This document shows positions 22,333 to 34,221 of a stretch of DNA of 64,000 bases, piece after piece. A program made the position numbers and the translations under genes. Source of the stretch: an uncultured Pelagibacteraceae bacterium (lineage in GTDB: Bacteria > Pseudomonadota > Alphaproteobacteria > Pelagibacterales > Pelagibacteraceae); assembly GCA_902578255.1 (NCBI GenBank), contig CACHCH010000003.1:21091-85090 (forward strand), in the 5' to 3' direction. The notes under the pieces are model-generated. The model was not told the DNA's origin. It saw only the letters and a list, made by a program, of their open reading frames with translations, and did not search any database. Every line of letters starts with the position of its first letter. Position 1 is the stretch's first letter.

Positions 22333-24924
22333 ATGAATCTAGTGATAGTTGAAAGTCCAGCAAAAGCAAAAACAATCAATAAATATTTAGGAGACAATTA
22401 TACTGTTTTAGCTAGCTACGGTCATATTAGAGATTTGCCATCAAAAAATGGTTCTGTTGATCCAGATCAGAATTTTAAAATGGAATGGGAAATTGATAAT
22501 TTTTCAAAAAAATATCTCAAAGAAATAACTGATGCTGCAAAAGGTTCTTCTAAAATTATTTTAGCAACAGATCCTGATCGTGAAGGGGAAGCTATAGCTT
22601 GGCATGTAAAAGAATATTTGAAAGAAAAAAAACTCCTCAAAGATAAAGAGGTCGAAAGAGTTGTATTTAACGAAATCACTAAGAAAGCTGTAACTTATGG
22701 AATTGAGCATCCCAGACAAATTGAGCCTTTATTGGTTGATGCTTATATGGCAAGGAGAGCATTAGATTATCTTGTTGGTTTTAATATTTCTCCAATATTA
22801 TGGACTAAACTTCCTGGATCAAAGTCAGCTGGTAGAGTGCAATCTGTTGCTTTAAAGTTAATAACAGAAAGGGAGCATGAAATTGAGTTATTTAATCCTG
22901 AAGAGTTTTGGACTTTAAGTTTAAAATTTGAAGATGAAAAAAAAAATTCAATTACTGCAAATCTTTTTCAATTAGATGGGCAAAAAATTGAAAAATTTTC
23001 GTTTAAAAAAAAAGATAATATTGAAAATGCAATTTCTATATTAAAGGATAAAAGATTTAATATTAGTGATATTTCTTCAAAAATTGTAAATAGAAATCCA
23101 TCAGGTCCATTTACAACTTCTACACTGCAGCAAATTGCTTCAAGTAGACTGGGATTTGGCGCATCCAGAACTATGCAAATTGCACAAAAACTTTATCAAG
23201 GAATTGAAATTGAAGGAGACACAGTTGGTTTAATAACTTACATGCGAACTGATGGCACAAATTTATCAGCAGACGCAGTTAGTGACTTTAGAAATTTTGT
23301 TAAAAAAAATTATGGAAATGAGTATATACCTGAAAAACCTAATAATTATTCAGGAAAAAAAGCTAAAAATGCTCAAGAAGCACATGAAGCTATTAGACCC
23401 ACAGATATAAAAAGATCTCCTGAAACCATTAAAAAATATTTAAGTAACGACCAAAATAAATTGTACAATTTGATATGGTGTAGAGCCTTATCATCTCAAA
23501 TGGTTTCAGCTAAATTTGATAGGAACACGATTACGATTGAAACCGATGACAAAAATACAGTTTGTAAAGCAAGTGGCTCAGTATTAAAATTTGAAGGGTT
23601 TTTAAAAGTTTATAAAAATCTCAACTCGGATGAGGATGATAATATACTTCCTGAGTTAAAAAAAGGGCCTGTAAATATTAATTCCTTTTTAGATGAACAA
23701 CATTTTACACAACCTCCACCAAGGTATTCAGAAGCAAGTTTGGTTAAGAAGCTAGAGGAACTTGGAATTGGAAGGCCCTCAACATATGCAAGTATAATAT
23801 CAACAATTTCTAATCGTGGATATGCTGAGATAACTAATAAAAGATTTTTTCCAACTGATCGTGGAAAATTAATTTCTGCCTTTTTAGAAAAACTATTTTC
23901 TAAATATGTTGATTATAATTTTACCGCAGGATTGGAAGATCAATTAGATGAAATAACAACTGGTAAAGAAAGTTGGATAAAAGTTTTAGAATTATTTTGG
24001 AAAGACTTTTACAGTAATGTTTCTGAGGTAAAGGAGAAAAGAACTAGAGAAGTTTTGGATTTGTTGAATGATAGTCTGGGGGCTCTAATTTTTGATAAAG
24101 ATGATAGTGGTAATGTTGTCAGGAAGTGCCAATTATGTGAAACAGGATCATTAAGTTTAAAAAATAGTTTTAGAGGTGGTGCATTTATTGGTTGTTCTAA
24201 TTATCCAGATTGCAAATTTACTCGACCTTTATCAAAAACTAAAGCTGCTGCACAGGCTCAGTTAGCTGAACCAAAATATCTAGGAAAACATGAAAATGGA
24301 AATGACATTTTTCTAAAAAATGGAAGATTTGGGCCTTATTTACAATATGAAAAGGTTTTAGATGATACTGAAGAGGAAATTAATAAAAAGAAAAAGAAAA
24401 AGACTAAAAAAGCTAAAAAAGACGTGAATGGACTATTAAAAAATGTCTCAATTCCAAAAGGAATTGAATTGGAAAGTATAGATATAGATAAGGCAAAATT
24501 TTTATGTTCACTGCCAAAATCTCTAGGAATTAATACAGATAATCAAAAAGAAATTTTTTTAAACACTGGGAGATTTGGGCCATATTTAAAGTGTGAAAAT
24601 AAATCTGCTAGACTTGAAAATGTTGAGGAAATATTTTCAATAGGTTTGAATAGAGCAATAACATTAATTGCTGATGCTAAACCAGGCAGAATTTCATCTT
24701 CAATAATAAAAGATCTTGGGGAACATCCGGAAGATAAAAAACCTGTAAGAATAATGAAAGGCCAATATGGTCCTTACATTAAATACAAATCTTTAAACGC
24801 AACAATTCCAGAGGAAAAAGACCCTACAGAGCTAAATATGGAAGAGGCTCTTATACTTATTGAGAAAAGACGTGAATACGATAAAAATAAGAAAAGTAAA
24901 AAAAATAAAAAAAATGACAATTAA
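22333..24924 (+). CDS. topA: DNA topoisomerase I
   Basis: IVESPAKAKTI, ATDPDREGEAI, SAGRVQS, LITYMRTD, C-terminal GRFGPY repeats. Confidence 0.97.
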   Translation: MNLVIVESPAKAKTINKYLGDNYTVLASYGHIRDLPSKNGSVDPDQNFKMEWEIDNFSKKYLKEITDAAKGSSKIILATDPDREGEAIAWHVKEYLKEKKLLKDKEVERVVFNEITKKAVTYGIEHPRQIEPLLVDAYMARRALDYLVGFNISPILWTKLPGSKSAGRVQSVALKLITEREHEIELFNPEEFWTLSLKFEDEKKNSITANLFQLDGQKIEKFSFKKKDNIENAISILKDKRFNISDISSKIVNRNPSGPFTTSTLQQIASSRLGFGASRTMQIAQKLYQGIEIEGDTVGLITYMRTDGTNLSADAVSDFRNFVKKNYGNEYIPEKPNNYSGKKAKNAQEAHEAIRPTDIKRSPETIKKYLSNDQNKLYNLIWCRALSSQMVSAKFDRNTITIETDDKNTVCKASGSVLKFEGFLKVYKNLNSDEDDNILPELKKGPVNINSFLDEQHFTQPPPRYSEASLVKKLEELGIGRPSTYASIISTISNRGYAEITNKRFFPTDRGKLISAFLEKLFSKYVDYNFTAGLEDQLDEITTGKESWIKVLELFWKDFYSNVSEVKEKRTREVLDLLNDSLGALIFDKDDSGNVVRKCQLCETGSLSLKNSFRGGAFIGCSNYPDCKFTRPLSKTKAAAQAQLAEPKYLGKHENGNDIFLKNGRFGPYLQYEKVLDDTEEEINKKKKKKTKKAKKDVNGLLKNVSIPKGIELESIDIDKAKFLCSLPKSLGINTDNQKEIFLNTGRFGPYLKCENKSARLENVEEIFSIGLNRAITLIADAKPGRISSSIIKDLGEHPEDKKPVRIMKGQYGPYIKYKSLNATIPEEKDPTELNMEEALILIEKRREYDKNKKSKKNKKNDN

Positions 24925-25375
24925 CAATATAATTGATGAATTAAAAATAATATTGCCAGAAGCTAAAGCTCCAGTGGGTTCTTATGTTGCTACAAAAATA
25001 GTTGGAAAACTTCTTTATATTTCTGGACAAATATCAATTGACGAAAAAGGTAAACTAATAAAGGGTAAGATCGGCAAAGAACTCACAACAGATCAAGGTT
25101 ATGATGCTGCAAAAAGATGTGGTTTAAGTATCGTTTCTCAAGTAAAGACTGCATGTAATGGAGATTTATCGAGAGTAAAATCATGTGTGAAATTAACCGG
25201 ATTTGTTAATTCCACTGACGATTTTATTGAACAACCTAAAGTTATAAATGGAGCATCAGATTTAATATCTTTGATTTTTGGTGAGGCTGGTGTGCATACA
25301 AGAGCTGCAGTAAGTGCCAACAGTCTACCACTAGGTGTATCTGTTGAGGTAGATGCAATATTTGAATTAAATTAA
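24914..25375 (+). CDS. RidA/YjgF family protein
   Basis: LYISGQ, VINGASDL, HTRAAV..SLPLGVSVEV. Probable ATG at 24914. Confidence 0.88.
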   Translation: MTINNIIDELKIILPEAKAPVGSYVATKIVGKLLYISGQISIDEKGKLIKGKIGKELTTDQGYDAAKRCGLSIVSQVKTACNGDLSRVKSCVKLTGFVNSTDDFIEQPKVINGASDLISLIFGEAGVHTRAAVSANSLPLGVSVEVDAIFELN

Positions 25376-25376
25376 T

Positions 25377-26675
25377 TTATCTTCCAACACCAAAATAATC
25401 AATATCCAATTTTTTCATTTTCAAAGGTGAGTATAAATTTCTCATGTCGTAAATTTTAAATTTCTTTTTTTTGACTAGTTTTTTAAAATTCAGTAGCTTG
25501 AAATCATTCCACTCAGTATGTAAAATAATTAAATCAGATTTTAAACAAGCAGAAGAAATTGTACTACAATACTTTACATTTTTAAAAAATCTAAAATCAT
25601 CTTTTTTGCCAGAAGGATCATAATATTTAATTTTACAACTTTTTTTATTAAGATATTTAATCATTGGAATGCTTGATGCCTCACGCATATCATCTGTATT
25701 TGGTTTAAATGTAACACCCAAAAAGGTTATAATTTTATTTTTAAAATTCCCTCCAAGAATTTTGTCAACTTTCTTTACTAATAAAGTTTTACGGTTTTCA
25801 TTTGAATTAACTACACTTTTAACAATGGACAAATCTGTTTTAAATTTATTACCAGTATCAATCAGGGCACGAGTATCCTTTGGAAAACATGATCCACCAT
25901 ATGCTGGACCTGCTCTTAGAAATCTATCACCTATTCGCTGATCTGAGCCCATGCCTGAAGCTACATCTTTAATATCAACATCTGCTTTTTCACATAAATT
26001 GGCTATTTCATTTATAAAAGATATCTTTGTAGCTAGAAAGGCGTTTGAGGCATACTTGATGAGTTCGGCCCCTCTTCTAGAGGTATTAAAATATCTGCTT
26101 GTTTTTTTTATAATCGGTAAATATAGAGACTTTAAAATTTTATTTGCTTTATTACTATCAGTCCCAATAATTACTCTGTCAGGATAGATAAAATCTCTCA
26201 TAGCTTCACCCTCTCTTAAAAATTCAGGATTTGATACAATATCAACTAATTTTTTTTTCTTTAGATTAAATAAAATTTTCTCAATTTGATCACCTGTAGA
26301 TAGAGGTACAGTAGATTTAGTAATTATTATTTTATATTTTTTAATAATTTTCTTTAAATCTTTGGTAACACTAAAAACATGTTTTAAATCAGCCGAATTA
26401 GTATTTTTTTTTGTGGGTGTTCCAACGCAAATAAAAATTATATCTGAATTTAATACTGCTTTTTTTAAATCAGTTGTAAATATCAATCTCTTTTGTTTAT
26501 GATTTTTTTTTAAAATTTCCTCAAGACCAGGTTCAAATATTGGAACTTTTCCTTTATTTAGTAAGTCAATTTTTTTAGGATCCTTATCTACACAGTAAAC
26601 TGTATTTCCAACATCGGAAAAACATACTCCACTTACAAGACCAACATAACCAGTACCTATCAAGCAAAGTTTCAT
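25377..26675 (-). CDS. ugd: UDP-glucose 6-dehydrogenase
   Basis: GTGYVGL, SNPEFLREG, GGSCFPKD, FKPNTDDMREA. Confidence 0.93.
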   Translation of the reverse strand: MKLCLIGTGYVGLVSGVCFSDVGNTVYCVDKDPKKIDLLNKGKVPIFEPGLEEILKKNHKQKRLIFTTDLKKAVLNSDIIFICVGTPTKKNTNSADLKHVFSVTKDLKKIIKKYKIIITKSTVPLSTGDQIEKILFNLKKKKLVDIVSNPEFLREGEAMRDFIYPDRVIIGTDSNKANKILKSLYLPIIKKTSRYFNTSRRGAELIKYASNAFLATKISFINEIANLCEKADVDIKDVASGMGSDQRIGDRFLRAGPAYGGSCFPKDTRALIDTGNKFKTDLSIVKSVVNSNENRKTLLVKKVDKILGGNFKNKIITFLGVTFKPNTDDMREASSIPMIKYLNKKSCKIKYYDPSGKKDDFRFFKNVKYCSTISSACLKSDLIILHTEWNDFKLLNFKKLVKKKKFKIYDMRNLYSPLKMKKLDIDYFGVGR

Positions 26676-27487
26676 AATTTTCCTATTTCTATATTAGATT
26701 TTATAAATCCATCCATTGTACCGCAGTCCAAATATTTACCTGTGAAATTATGTGCAATAAATTTTTCATTATCATCAATCAGTGATTGTATTGCGTCTGT
26801 GATATGAATTTCACCACCTTTACCAGGCTTTTGGTTTAGCAATTTATTAAAGATTTTCTTTGGTAAAATATATCTGCCAACTACCGCTTTGTTTGATGGG
26901 GCTTTTTTAATAGATGGTTTTTCAACAACCTCTTTAATAATAAAATTATTTTTAGAGACTTTTTTACTTAAGTTATAAATACCCCATCTAGATACTGTTT
27001 TTTTTTTAACTTTCATACTCGCCATAACAGAAGATTTATATTTATTGTGAGCAGAAATCATTGATTTTGAGCAATTATGTTTTATTATCAAATCATCAGG
27101 TAACAACATTAAAAAATATTTATCTTTGATAAATTTTTTTGTTTTTAGAACTGCATCTCCAGTACCCTTTGGTTTATTTTGATAAACAAATTTTATCATT
27201 TTTTTATATTTTAGAATTTTTTTGTATTCCTCAATAATTTTAGGATCTTTTTTCTTTTTTATTATATTTTTATAAAATTTATCACTATAAAAAAATTTTT
27301 TAATCATCATTTTCTTTTTCGAAATAATAAAAATTACCTCTTTAATACCTGCATCGACACATTCTTGTAAGATATATTCAATAGCAGGTTTTCCATTAAT
27401 AGGTAATAACTCCTTTGCAAAAACACTTGTCAAAGGCAATAATCTGGTACCTAGCCCAGCTAACGGAATAATAGCTTGTTTAATCAT
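26672..27487 (-). CDS. galU: UTP--glucose-1-phosphate uridylyltransferase
   Basis: AIIPLAGLGTRLLPLT..KELLP, VEKP, GGEIHITDA, DCG. Confidence 0.88.
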   Translation of the reverse strand: MIKQAIIPLAGLGTRLLPLTSVFAKELLPINGKPAIEYILQECVDAGIKEVIFIISKKKMMIKKFFYSDKFYKNIIKKKKDPKIIEEYKKILKYKKMIKFVYQNKPKGTGDAVLKTKKFIKDKYFLMLLPDDLIIKHNCSKSMISAHNKYKSSVMASMKVKKKTVSRWGIYNLSKKVSKNNFIIKEVVEKPSIKKAPSNKAVVGRYILPKKIFNKLLNQKPGKGGEIHITDAIQSLIDDNEKFIAHNFTGKYLDCGTMDGFIKSNIEIGKL

Positions 27488-27521
27488 TTAAATGTTTTAC
27501 TTATTTAAGAATTTTACACAA

Positions 27522-28337
27522 ATGAAAATTTTATTAAATAAGACATCATTGACCGAATCATTAAGGCAATTTAGAGATATTGGGTTTGTTCCTACAATGG
27601 GCTCAATACATAAGGGACATTTATCACTTATCAGAAAATCGAATCAAATGTGTCACAAAACAATAGTTAGTATTTTTGTTAATCCAAAACAGTTCAATAA
27701 TAAAAAAGATTTTAAAAATTACCCTAAAGATATTAAGAAAGATTTAAAGCTATTAAATCAAAGTAAAAAAGTTGACTTCGTTTATATTCCAAAATTTAAA
27801 GATATCTTCAAAAATAATAAAAAACCTAAAATTAAAATGATTAAGATAGATAAAATTTTGTGTGCTAAATTTAGAAAAGGCCATTTTGAAGGTGTTTTAG
27901 ATGTAATGGATAGATTAACTGATATAGTTAGACCATCCAAAATTTTTATGGGAAATAAAGATTTTCAGCAATTATTTTTGGTAAGAAAATATTTAAAGAG
28001 AAAATACAATACTAATGTCATAGCATGCAAAATTTTACGTGAAAAAAATAAGGTTGCCCTATCATCAAGAAACTACCTTCTATCTAGAGAAAATCTTATT
28101 TTGGCTAGTAAAATAGTAAGAAAATTAATTAATGTAAAAAAAAATATTAAAAATAAAAAAAATAAAAATAAATATCTATCGATCGTAAAAAATGATTTTC
28201 AAAAACAATTTAAAATTAAAATTGAGTACTTAGAACTAAGAAATGTAAATAACTTAAAATTATCAAATACTATTAATTCATCTAGGCTCTTTGTGGCTTA
28301 CTATTTAAATGGGATCAGATTAATAGATAATTTATAA
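27522..28337 (+). CDS. panC: Pantoate--beta-alanine ligase
   Basis: FVPTMGSIHKGH, VSIFVNPKQF, GHFEGV, ALSSRN, RLIDN. Probable ATG at 27522. Confidence 0.92.
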   Translation: MKILLNKTSLTESLRQFRDIGFVPTMGSIHKGHLSLIRKSNQMCHKTIVSIFVNPKQFNNKKDFKNYPKDIKKDLKLLNQSKKVDFVYIPKFKDIFKNNKKPKIKMIKIDKILCAKFRKGHFEGVLDVMDRLTDIVRPSKIFMGNKDFQQLFLVRKYLKRKYNTNVIACKILREKNKVALSSRNYLLSRENLILASKIVRKLINVKKNIKNKKNKNKYLSIVKNDFQKQFKIKIEYLELRNVNNLKLSNTINSSRLFVAYYLNGIRLIDNL

Positions 28338-28338
28338 G

Positions 28339-29712
28339 TTAAAGAAAATAGGCCCCAACACCTAAAAAAGATACAAAACCAATTACATCTGTAATAGTTG
28401 TAACAAACACACTCGATGCTATTGCCGGATCAATTTTCATTTTTTTTAGAGTAAATGGAACTAATATTCCAAATAAACCCGCGATGATCATTGTTAAAAC
28501 CATTGAAATAGCGATAATTATTGAGAGTAGATTATCTTGAAACCATATTTGAACAATTATAGCACTAATAATTGCAAAAATAACTCCATTCAAAATACCA
28601 ATTGAAAACTCTTTAAAAACATTTGAAGAAAAATTATTTTTAGTCAGATCATTAGTTGCAATAGTTCGAACAGTAACTGCTAATGTTTGCATTCCAGCAT
28701 TGCCACCCATGGAAGCTACTATTGGCATTAAAAAAGCCAAAACTACCATTTGTTCGATTGTTGCTCCAAATAAACTTATACACCACGTTGCTAAAAATGC
28801 TGTAAATAAATTTAATAGCAACCAATTGAATCTTCTTTTTGTTTTAGTTATTACTCCATCTGTTATTTCTTCATCACCAACTCCCGCTAATCTCAATGCG
28901 TCTTCTTCTGCCTCCTCCTTTAAGACGGTAAGCACATCATCATTCATGATCATACCTACAAGCTTGTTGTTTTTGTCGACAACTGCTGCTGAATTAAGAT
29001 TGTAGTTTTCAAATAAGTTAGCCACTTCTTCCTTGTCCATATCTACAGGTACTAATAATTGTGACTCTGACATTACAGTTAGCATCTTAGTATCTCTTGG
29101 AGACGTTAATACCTTGGAGGACGGAACTGTGCCTATAGGATTAAAGTCTTCATTTACTATGAATATTTCTAAAAATTCCTCTGGAAGATCTTTGTTTTCT
29201 CTCAAATAATCAATTGTTTGTCCTACAGACCAATTACTCGGTATAGCAGTAAATTCTCTTTGCATTAATCTAGCAGCTGAATCTTCTGGATAACTTAAAC
29301 TTTCCAATAGAGCAAAACGATCTTTTGGTGGCAAAGAGCTTAGAATGTTATTTTTATATTCTTCAGGTACATTTTCTAAAATAGATATTGCATCATCTGA
29401 GTCTAAATTTTTAATAATGCTTACAATTGAGTCAGAAGATAAATAATTAATAATTTCTGTTTGGATTGACTCGTTTAGCTCAACAAAAACTTCCGGATCT
29501 ATATTAAAATTATTTAGTTTAATTAAACTTTCTCTGTCATTTTGGCTTAAATGTTCAATTATGTCAGCTGCATCGGCAGGGTGCATTTCACTGAAAGAAT
29601 TAGTAATAAATTGAGCGTCATTATTAGCTATTTTTGAAGTAACAACTCTAATGTACTCTTTATTAAATTCAAAATTTACTTTTTTATCTTTAGTTTTTTT
29701 TATTAAAGACAT
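28339..29712 (-). CDS. mgtE: Magnesium transporter
   Basis: HPADAAD, CBS pair, MGGNAGMQ, DPAIASSVFVTTITD. Confidence 0.95.
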   Translation of the reverse strand: MSLIKKTKDKKVNFEFNKEYIRVVTSKIANNDAQFITNSFSEMHPADAADIIEHLSQNDRESLIKLNNFNIDPEVFVELNESIQTEIINYLSSDSIVSIIKNLDSDDAISILENVPEEYKNNILSSLPPKDRFALLESLSYPEDSAARLMQREFTAIPSNWSVGQTIDYLRENKDLPEEFLEIFIVNEDFNPIGTVPSSKVLTSPRDTKMLTVMSESQLLVPVDMDKEEVANLFENYNLNSAAVVDKNNKLVGMIMNDDVLTVLKEEAEEDALRLAGVGDEEITDGVITKTKRRFNWLLLNLFTAFLATWCISLFGATIEQMVVLAFLMPIVASMGGNAGMQTLAVTVRTIATNDLTKNNFSSNVFKEFSIGILNGVIFAIISAIIVQIWFQDNLLSIIIAISMVLTMIIAGLFGILVPFTLKKMKIDPAIASSVFVTTITDVIGFVSFLGVGAYFL

Positions 29713-29773
29713 AAATCTACCTATAATTTAAATTTGCACTATTAATACATAATAAAGATAATACAATTTATAA

Positions 29774-30391
29774 ATGAATATAGAGATCAAAAAGTCAGTA
29801 AAACCAGTGAATTATACTGATGCTATAAATTTGATGGAAGAAAGATTGGAAGGAATATTTAAAAAAAAAGAAAAAGAATTAATATGGATTTTAGAGCATG
29901 AGGAAATTTATACCGCCGGGACTAGTTACAGTAAAACAGATATTATAGATAAATCGATAAATATTATTAAAACTAATAGAGGCGGGAAAATCACATGTCA
30001 TGGCCCTGGCCAATTAATTTGTTACTTTGTTTTAGATTTAAGAAATAAAAAAGATATCAGAAAATTTATTTGTTCTATTGAAAAAACAATTATAGAAACT
30101 CTAAAAACTTTTGATATAGAAACTTTTTCCGACAAAGATAATATTGGAATCTGGCATAAGGAAAATGGTATTATAAACAAAGTTGCAGCAATTGGTGTAA
30201 GAGTTAAAAAATGGATTGCCTATCATGGTTTTGCAATAAATATAGACAACAACATAGATCAATATAAAAAAATTATACCTTGTGGAATAAAAGATAAAGG
30301 AATATCAAATTTGAATAAAATTAAAAAACAAGATTATTCAAAATTACAAGACCTATTAATAGAAAAATTTATTTTAAACCTGAAAAACTAA
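29774..30391 (+). CDS. lipB: Lipoyl(octanoyl) transferase
   Basis: [35 protein letters not shown]. Confidence 0.95.
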   Translation: MNIEIKKSVKPVNYTDAINLMEERLEGIFKKKEKELIWILEHEEIYTAGTSYSKTDIIDKSINIIKTNRGGKITCHGPGQLICYFVLDLRNKKDIRKFICSIEKTIIETLKTFDIETFSDKDNIGIWHKENGIINKVAAIGVRVKKWIAYHGFAINIDNNIDQYKKIIPCGIKDKGISNLNKIKKQDYSKLQDLLIEKFILNLKN

Positions 30392-31286
30392 GTCTTTTTG
30401 TCTTCAGCAAATTTTTAAAATAATTGGGTAATAAAGCTGTATATGTGTGTCTAACATTATTAATGATAAATTTTATTTGATAAGAATGAAGCATTAAATT
30501 TTTATTTAGGCCTCTAGTAGTATTTGATAATTTATATTTGATATCTCCATAGATCGGTTGACCCAATGCGTATAGTTGTTTTCTTAATTGATGCTTACGA
30601 CCAGTTATTGGCTTTAGTTCAACTAGACTAGCCTCTGAATTTTTATCAAGTACTTTGAATAAAGTTTTAGCTTTTTCTATGATCTTTTTTTCTCCATCAT
30701 ATCTTATTAATTCATCATTCCATTCACCAAAATCTTTAGCTATTTCACCATGACAGATAGCTAAATAGGTTTTGTGAACTTTTCTTAGTCTAAATAAAGA
30801 AGTTAATAATTGAGCACTTTCTCTATTTTTTGCCATAATAAAAACTCCGGATGTATCTTTGTCTAAACGGTGAACTGAATAAGGTTTTGTACCTTGAAAG
30901 ATTTCACTTTTAGAAAAGATATCAACAAGATTTTTTTTTGATTTAGTTCCACCTTGAACGGAAATTCCTGAACTTTTATTTAGTACAATAAAATTTTCAT
31001 TATTATCAATTATTTTATCTTCATTTGATTTTATAACTTCATTAGATGGCTTAAATTTAATTTTTTTTTGAACAATGATATTTTTAAATTTAATATTGAA
31101 TAAATCAATATTGTCTTTTGTATTAATTTTTTGTGAACTCTTAATTTTTTTTTTATTTAATTTAATTTTACCTGATCGTAAATATCTCTCTATTAAGGCT
31201 TGAGGAATTTTTCCAAATTTAAGCCTAATCCATCTATCAATACGCATTTCATTACACGTTGAATCAACGATGTAAGACTTTTTCAT
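30369..31286 (-). CDS. RluA/RluC family pseudouridine synthase with S4 domain
   Basis: [26 protein letters not shown] motifs. Confidence 0.92.
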   Translation of the reverse strand: MKKSYIVDSTCNEMRIDRWIRLKFGKIPQALIERYLRSGKIKLNKKKIKSSQKINTKDNIDLFNIKFKNIIVQKKIKFKPSNEVIKSNEDKIIDNNENFIVLNKSSGISVQGGTKSKKNLVDIFSKSEIFQGTKPYSVHRLDKDTSGVFIMAKNRESAQLLTSLFRLRKVHKTYLAICHGEIAKDFGEWNDELIRYDGEKKIIEKAKTLFKVLDKNSEASLVELKPITGRKHQLRKQLYALGQPIYGDIKYKLSNTTRGLNKNLMLHSYQIKFIINNVRHTYTALLPNYFKNLLKTKRLSFSGLK

Positions 31287-31295
31287 TTTTATAAA

Positions 31296-31739
31296 TTATG
31301 CTGATGCTTGTTTTTTTTCTACAGCTTTTGAAGTTTCTTTACTTGTTTCTTTTTTTGGTTTATCGACTCTTTTCGCCTCAACATCTCTATCAACAAATTC
31401 AATTATAGCCATAGGTGCATTATCACCATATCTAAATCCAGCTTTAATAATTCTTGTATACCCACCTTTTCTATTTACGTACCTTTTAGAAAGTGTTTTT
31501 TTAACCTTATCAGCAGACTTGATGTCTTGAAGTTTAGAAACTAACATTTTAGTTGTTTGTAAAGTTTCTTTTTTACCTAATGTAATAATTTTGTCAGCCT
31601 GTGGTTTTAAAAATTTTGCTTTTGGCAAAGTAGTCTTTATTTGCTCATATTTAATTAAAGAGTTTAACATGTTCTTTAAGAGAGCTTTCCTATGTTCTGA
31701 AGTCCTATTTAACTTCTTATTTGCCATTCCGTGTCTCAT
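31296..31739 (-). CDS. rplQ: 50S ribosomal protein L17
   Basis: [26 protein letters not shown]. Confidence 0.97.
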   Translation of the reverse strand: MRHGMANKKLNRTSEHRKALLKNMLNSLIKYEQIKTTLPKAKFLKPQADKIITLGKKETLQTTKMLVSKLQDIKSADKVKKTLSKRYVNRKGGYTRIIKAGFRYGDNAPMAIIEFVDRDVEAKRVDKPKKETSKETSKAVEKKQASA

Positions 31740-32767
31740 TAGATGGATTCCTCTAATTTTTTAGACATTTCTGCGATATTGTCTGGTGGCCAGTTTGGTA
31801 TTTCCATACCTAAGTATAATGACATTCCAGTTAAAACTTCTTTAATTTCATTTAAAGATTTTCTACCAAAATTAGGAGTTCTTAACATCTCACCTTCAGA
31901 TTTCTGAACTAAATCTCCAATATAGATAATATTGTCATTTTTTAAACAATTCATTGATCTTACAGATAATTCTAATTCATCAACTTTTCTTAACAAATTT
32001 TTATTGAATTCAGGTTCTGTAGAAACTTCTTTAACTGGAGCTTCAACTGGTTCATCAAAATTAATAAACATTTTTAGTTGATCTTGAAAAATTCTCGCAG
32101 AATAAGCAACTGCATCCTCAGCTGATATAGATCCATTGGTTTCGACTTCCATTATTAATTTATCATAATCAAGCGCTTTTCCCTCTCTTGCAGTACTTAC
32201 TGAAAATGAGACTTTTTTAACCGGACTGTAAAGGGAATCTATAGCAATTAATCCTAGTGGTGGTTCCTCTGGTTTATTTAGGTCTGCTGGAACGTAACCT
32301 TTACCTGTATTAACATTCATTTCCATGTGAAATGATGTCTTCTCATCTAGATTACATATTACTAATTCTGGATTTAAAATTTCAACATCCGCAACCTGAG
32401 CAATATCAGACGCTTTAATTTCGCCCGGTCCTTTTGCATCTAAAATTAATTTTTTTGTACCTTCTGAATTACATTTTAATGCCAAAGATTTAACGTTTAA
32501 AACAATATCTGTAACATCTTCTCTAACACCTTTGATTGATGTAAATTCATGAAGAACGCCATCTATTTGTATTGATGTAACAGCCGCACCTCTTATTGAA
32601 GAAAGCAAAATTCTTCTAAGTGAATTTCCTAAAGTTAGGCCATAGCCTTTTTCTAAAGGTTCCGCAACTATTTTTGCATGAGTTAAGTCATTACTTATTT
32701 GCACATCAAGTTTTGACGGCTTAATTAATGACTTCCAATTTTTTACGTTTACATTTTCAACTTCCAT
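31739..32767 (-). CDS. rpoA: RNA polymerase alpha subunit
   Basis: [37 protein letters not shown]. Confidence 0.98.
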   Translation of the reverse strand: MEVENVNVKNWKSLIKPSKLDVQISNDLTHAKIVAEPLEKGYGLTLGNSLRRILLSSIRGAAVTSIQIDGVLHEFTSIKGVREDVTDIVLNVKSLALKCNSEGTKKLILDAKGPGEIKASDIAQVADVEILNPELVICNLDEKTSFHMEMNVNTGKGYVPADLNKPEEPPLGLIAIDSLYSPVKKVSFSVSTAREGKALDYDKLIMEVETNGSISAEDAVAYSARIFQDQLKMFINFDEPVEAPVKEVSTEPEFNKNLLRKVDELELSVRSMNCLKNDNIIYIGDLVQKSEGEMLRTPNFGRKSLNEIKEVLTGMSLYLGMEIPNWPPDNIAEMSKKLEESI

Positions 32768-33216
32768 TAAACTCTCCTTTTCTTTGGTGGTCTAGTCCCA
32801 TTATGAGGCATGGGTGTAGTGTCCTTAATAGACAAAATTTTAAATCCTCTTGCTTGTAATGCTCTCAAAGCAGTTTCTCTACCTGATCCTGGTCCTTTAA
32901 CTTCAACAGATAAAGTCTTCATTCCATACTCTAAGGCTTTTGAAGCGGCAGAGTCAGCAGCAATTTGTGCGGCATATGGAGTAGATTTTCTTGATCCTTT
33001 AAAACCTTTTTGTCCAGCTGAAGCCCAAGATATTACATTACCATTTGTATCAGCAATTGATATTATTGTATTATTAAAAGTCGATTGCACATATGCAATA
33101 CCGTTTAAAATATTTTTTTTAACTTTCTTTTTTTTTGAATAAGAACTTTTAGCATTTTTTTTTGAAGACTTCTCTATCTTCTGATCATTATTTTCAATTT
33201 TATCAGATTTTGCCAT
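32767..33216 (-). CDS. rpsK: 30S ribosomal protein S11
   Basis: [30 protein letters not shown]. Confidence 0.97.
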   Translation of the reverse strand: MAKSDKIENNDQKIEKSSKKNAKSSYSKKKKVKKNILNGIAYVQSTFNNTIISIADTNGNVISWASAGQKGFKGSRKSTPYAAQIAADSAASKALEYGMKTLSVEVKGPGSGRETALRALQARGFKILSIKDTTPMPHNGTRPPKKRRV

Positions 33217-33218
33217 AA

Positions 33219-33602
33219 CTATTTTTTAGTTGGTGTTAATTTTTTTCCTGCAATTGCAATTGCTTTACCTTTTCTTGTTCTTGCATTACATCTTGTTCTT
33301 TGACCTCTAACCGGTAGTTTCTTTCTATGTCTAGTTCCTCTATAACAAGCTAGATCAATTAATCTTTTTATGCTAAGCGAATAATCTCTTCTAAGATCTC
33401 CTTCAACCTTAAAATTTTGGTCAATATACTCTCTTATTTTCAGGATCTCATCATCAGTTAATTGATTTACTCTTTTCGCTTTTGGAATTTCAAGTGAAGA
33501 ACAAATCTGATTGGAAAATTTATCACCAATACCGTAGATGTAAGTGAGACCGATATGGACAAGTTTGTTTTGTGGAATATTTATACCTGCGATACGAGCC
33601 AT
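33219..33602 (-). CDS. rpsM: 30S ribosomal protein S13
   Basis: [20 protein letters not shown]. Confidence 0.97.
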   Translation of the reverse strand: MARIAGINIPQNKLVHIGLTYIYGIGDKFSNQICSSLEIPKAKRVNQLTDDEILKIREYIDQNFKVEGDLRRDYSLSIKRLIDLACYRGTRHRKKLPVRGQRTRCNARTRKGKAIAIAGKKLTPTKK

Positions 33603-33625
33603 AAGTTTTGTGATAAATTGTGACT

Positions 33626-33653
33626 TTTATATAAGAAGATTACTCAAAGTCAA
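33626..33653 (-). promoter_or_regulatory. Candidate promoter of alpha operon (rpsM)
   Basis: Minus-strand TTGACT-N16-TATAAA in the adk-rpsM spacer. Confidence 0.45.
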
Positions 33654-33657
33654 CGCC

Positions 33658-34221
33658 TTATACATTGATAAAAGTGTCTATTTTATTGTTTATTTCAACG
33701 ATTTCATCACTTCCATCAATTTCATGGAAATTTGAATTTTTAGAATAGAAATCTAAAACTGGTTTTGTTGTTTCCATGTAAGTGTCGTACCTTTTTAAAA
33801 TTGTATCCAATTCATCATCGGATCTTTTTTCTATTATTTTCCTTTTCTGTATTCGTTTAATTATTGTCTCCTTATTAACATTAAGAAAAAAAACAAAATC
33901 TATCTTCTGATTTGAACTATTTAGTAATAAATCTAAATTTATTGCCTGATTTATCGAACGTGGATAACCATCAAAAATTAATTTATTTTTTTTAATTGGA
34001 TCAAATACTTGTTTTTCTAAAAGTTCATTAACAATATCATCACTAACAAATCTTCCTTCATTCATAACATCAATAATTTTTTTTCCTACATCTGAGTCTT
34101 TTTTTATTTCTTCTCTCAAAATATCGCCTGTTGAAATCTGAAAATTATTGAGTTTTTTTACTAAATGTTTAGCTTGAGTTCCTTTACCAGCACCTGGAGG
34201 TCCAAATAAAATTATATTCAC
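33658..34221 (-). CDS. adk: Adenylate kinase (short-LID type)
   Basis: GPPGAGKGT, STGDILR, DGYPR, RSDD. Confidence 0.96.
   Translation of the reverse strand: MNIILFGPPGAGKGTQAKHLVKKLNNFQISTGDILREEIKKDSDVGKKIIDVMNEGRFVSDDIVNELLEKQVFDPIKKNKLIFDGYPRSINQAINLDLLLNSSNQKIDFVFFLNVNKETIIKRIQKRKIIEKRSDDELDTILKRYDTYMETTKPVLDFYSKNSNFHEIDGSDEIVEINNKIDTFINV

Noticed and set aside
25377-28337. ugd-galU-panC as a foreign island
   Set aside because: Lys- and AT-rich but with no repeats, tRNA or mobility genes; tightly packed with core genes
33658-34221. Adenylate kinase truncated or pseudogene
   Set aside because: Short-LID Adk is a known variant and all catalytic motifs are intact
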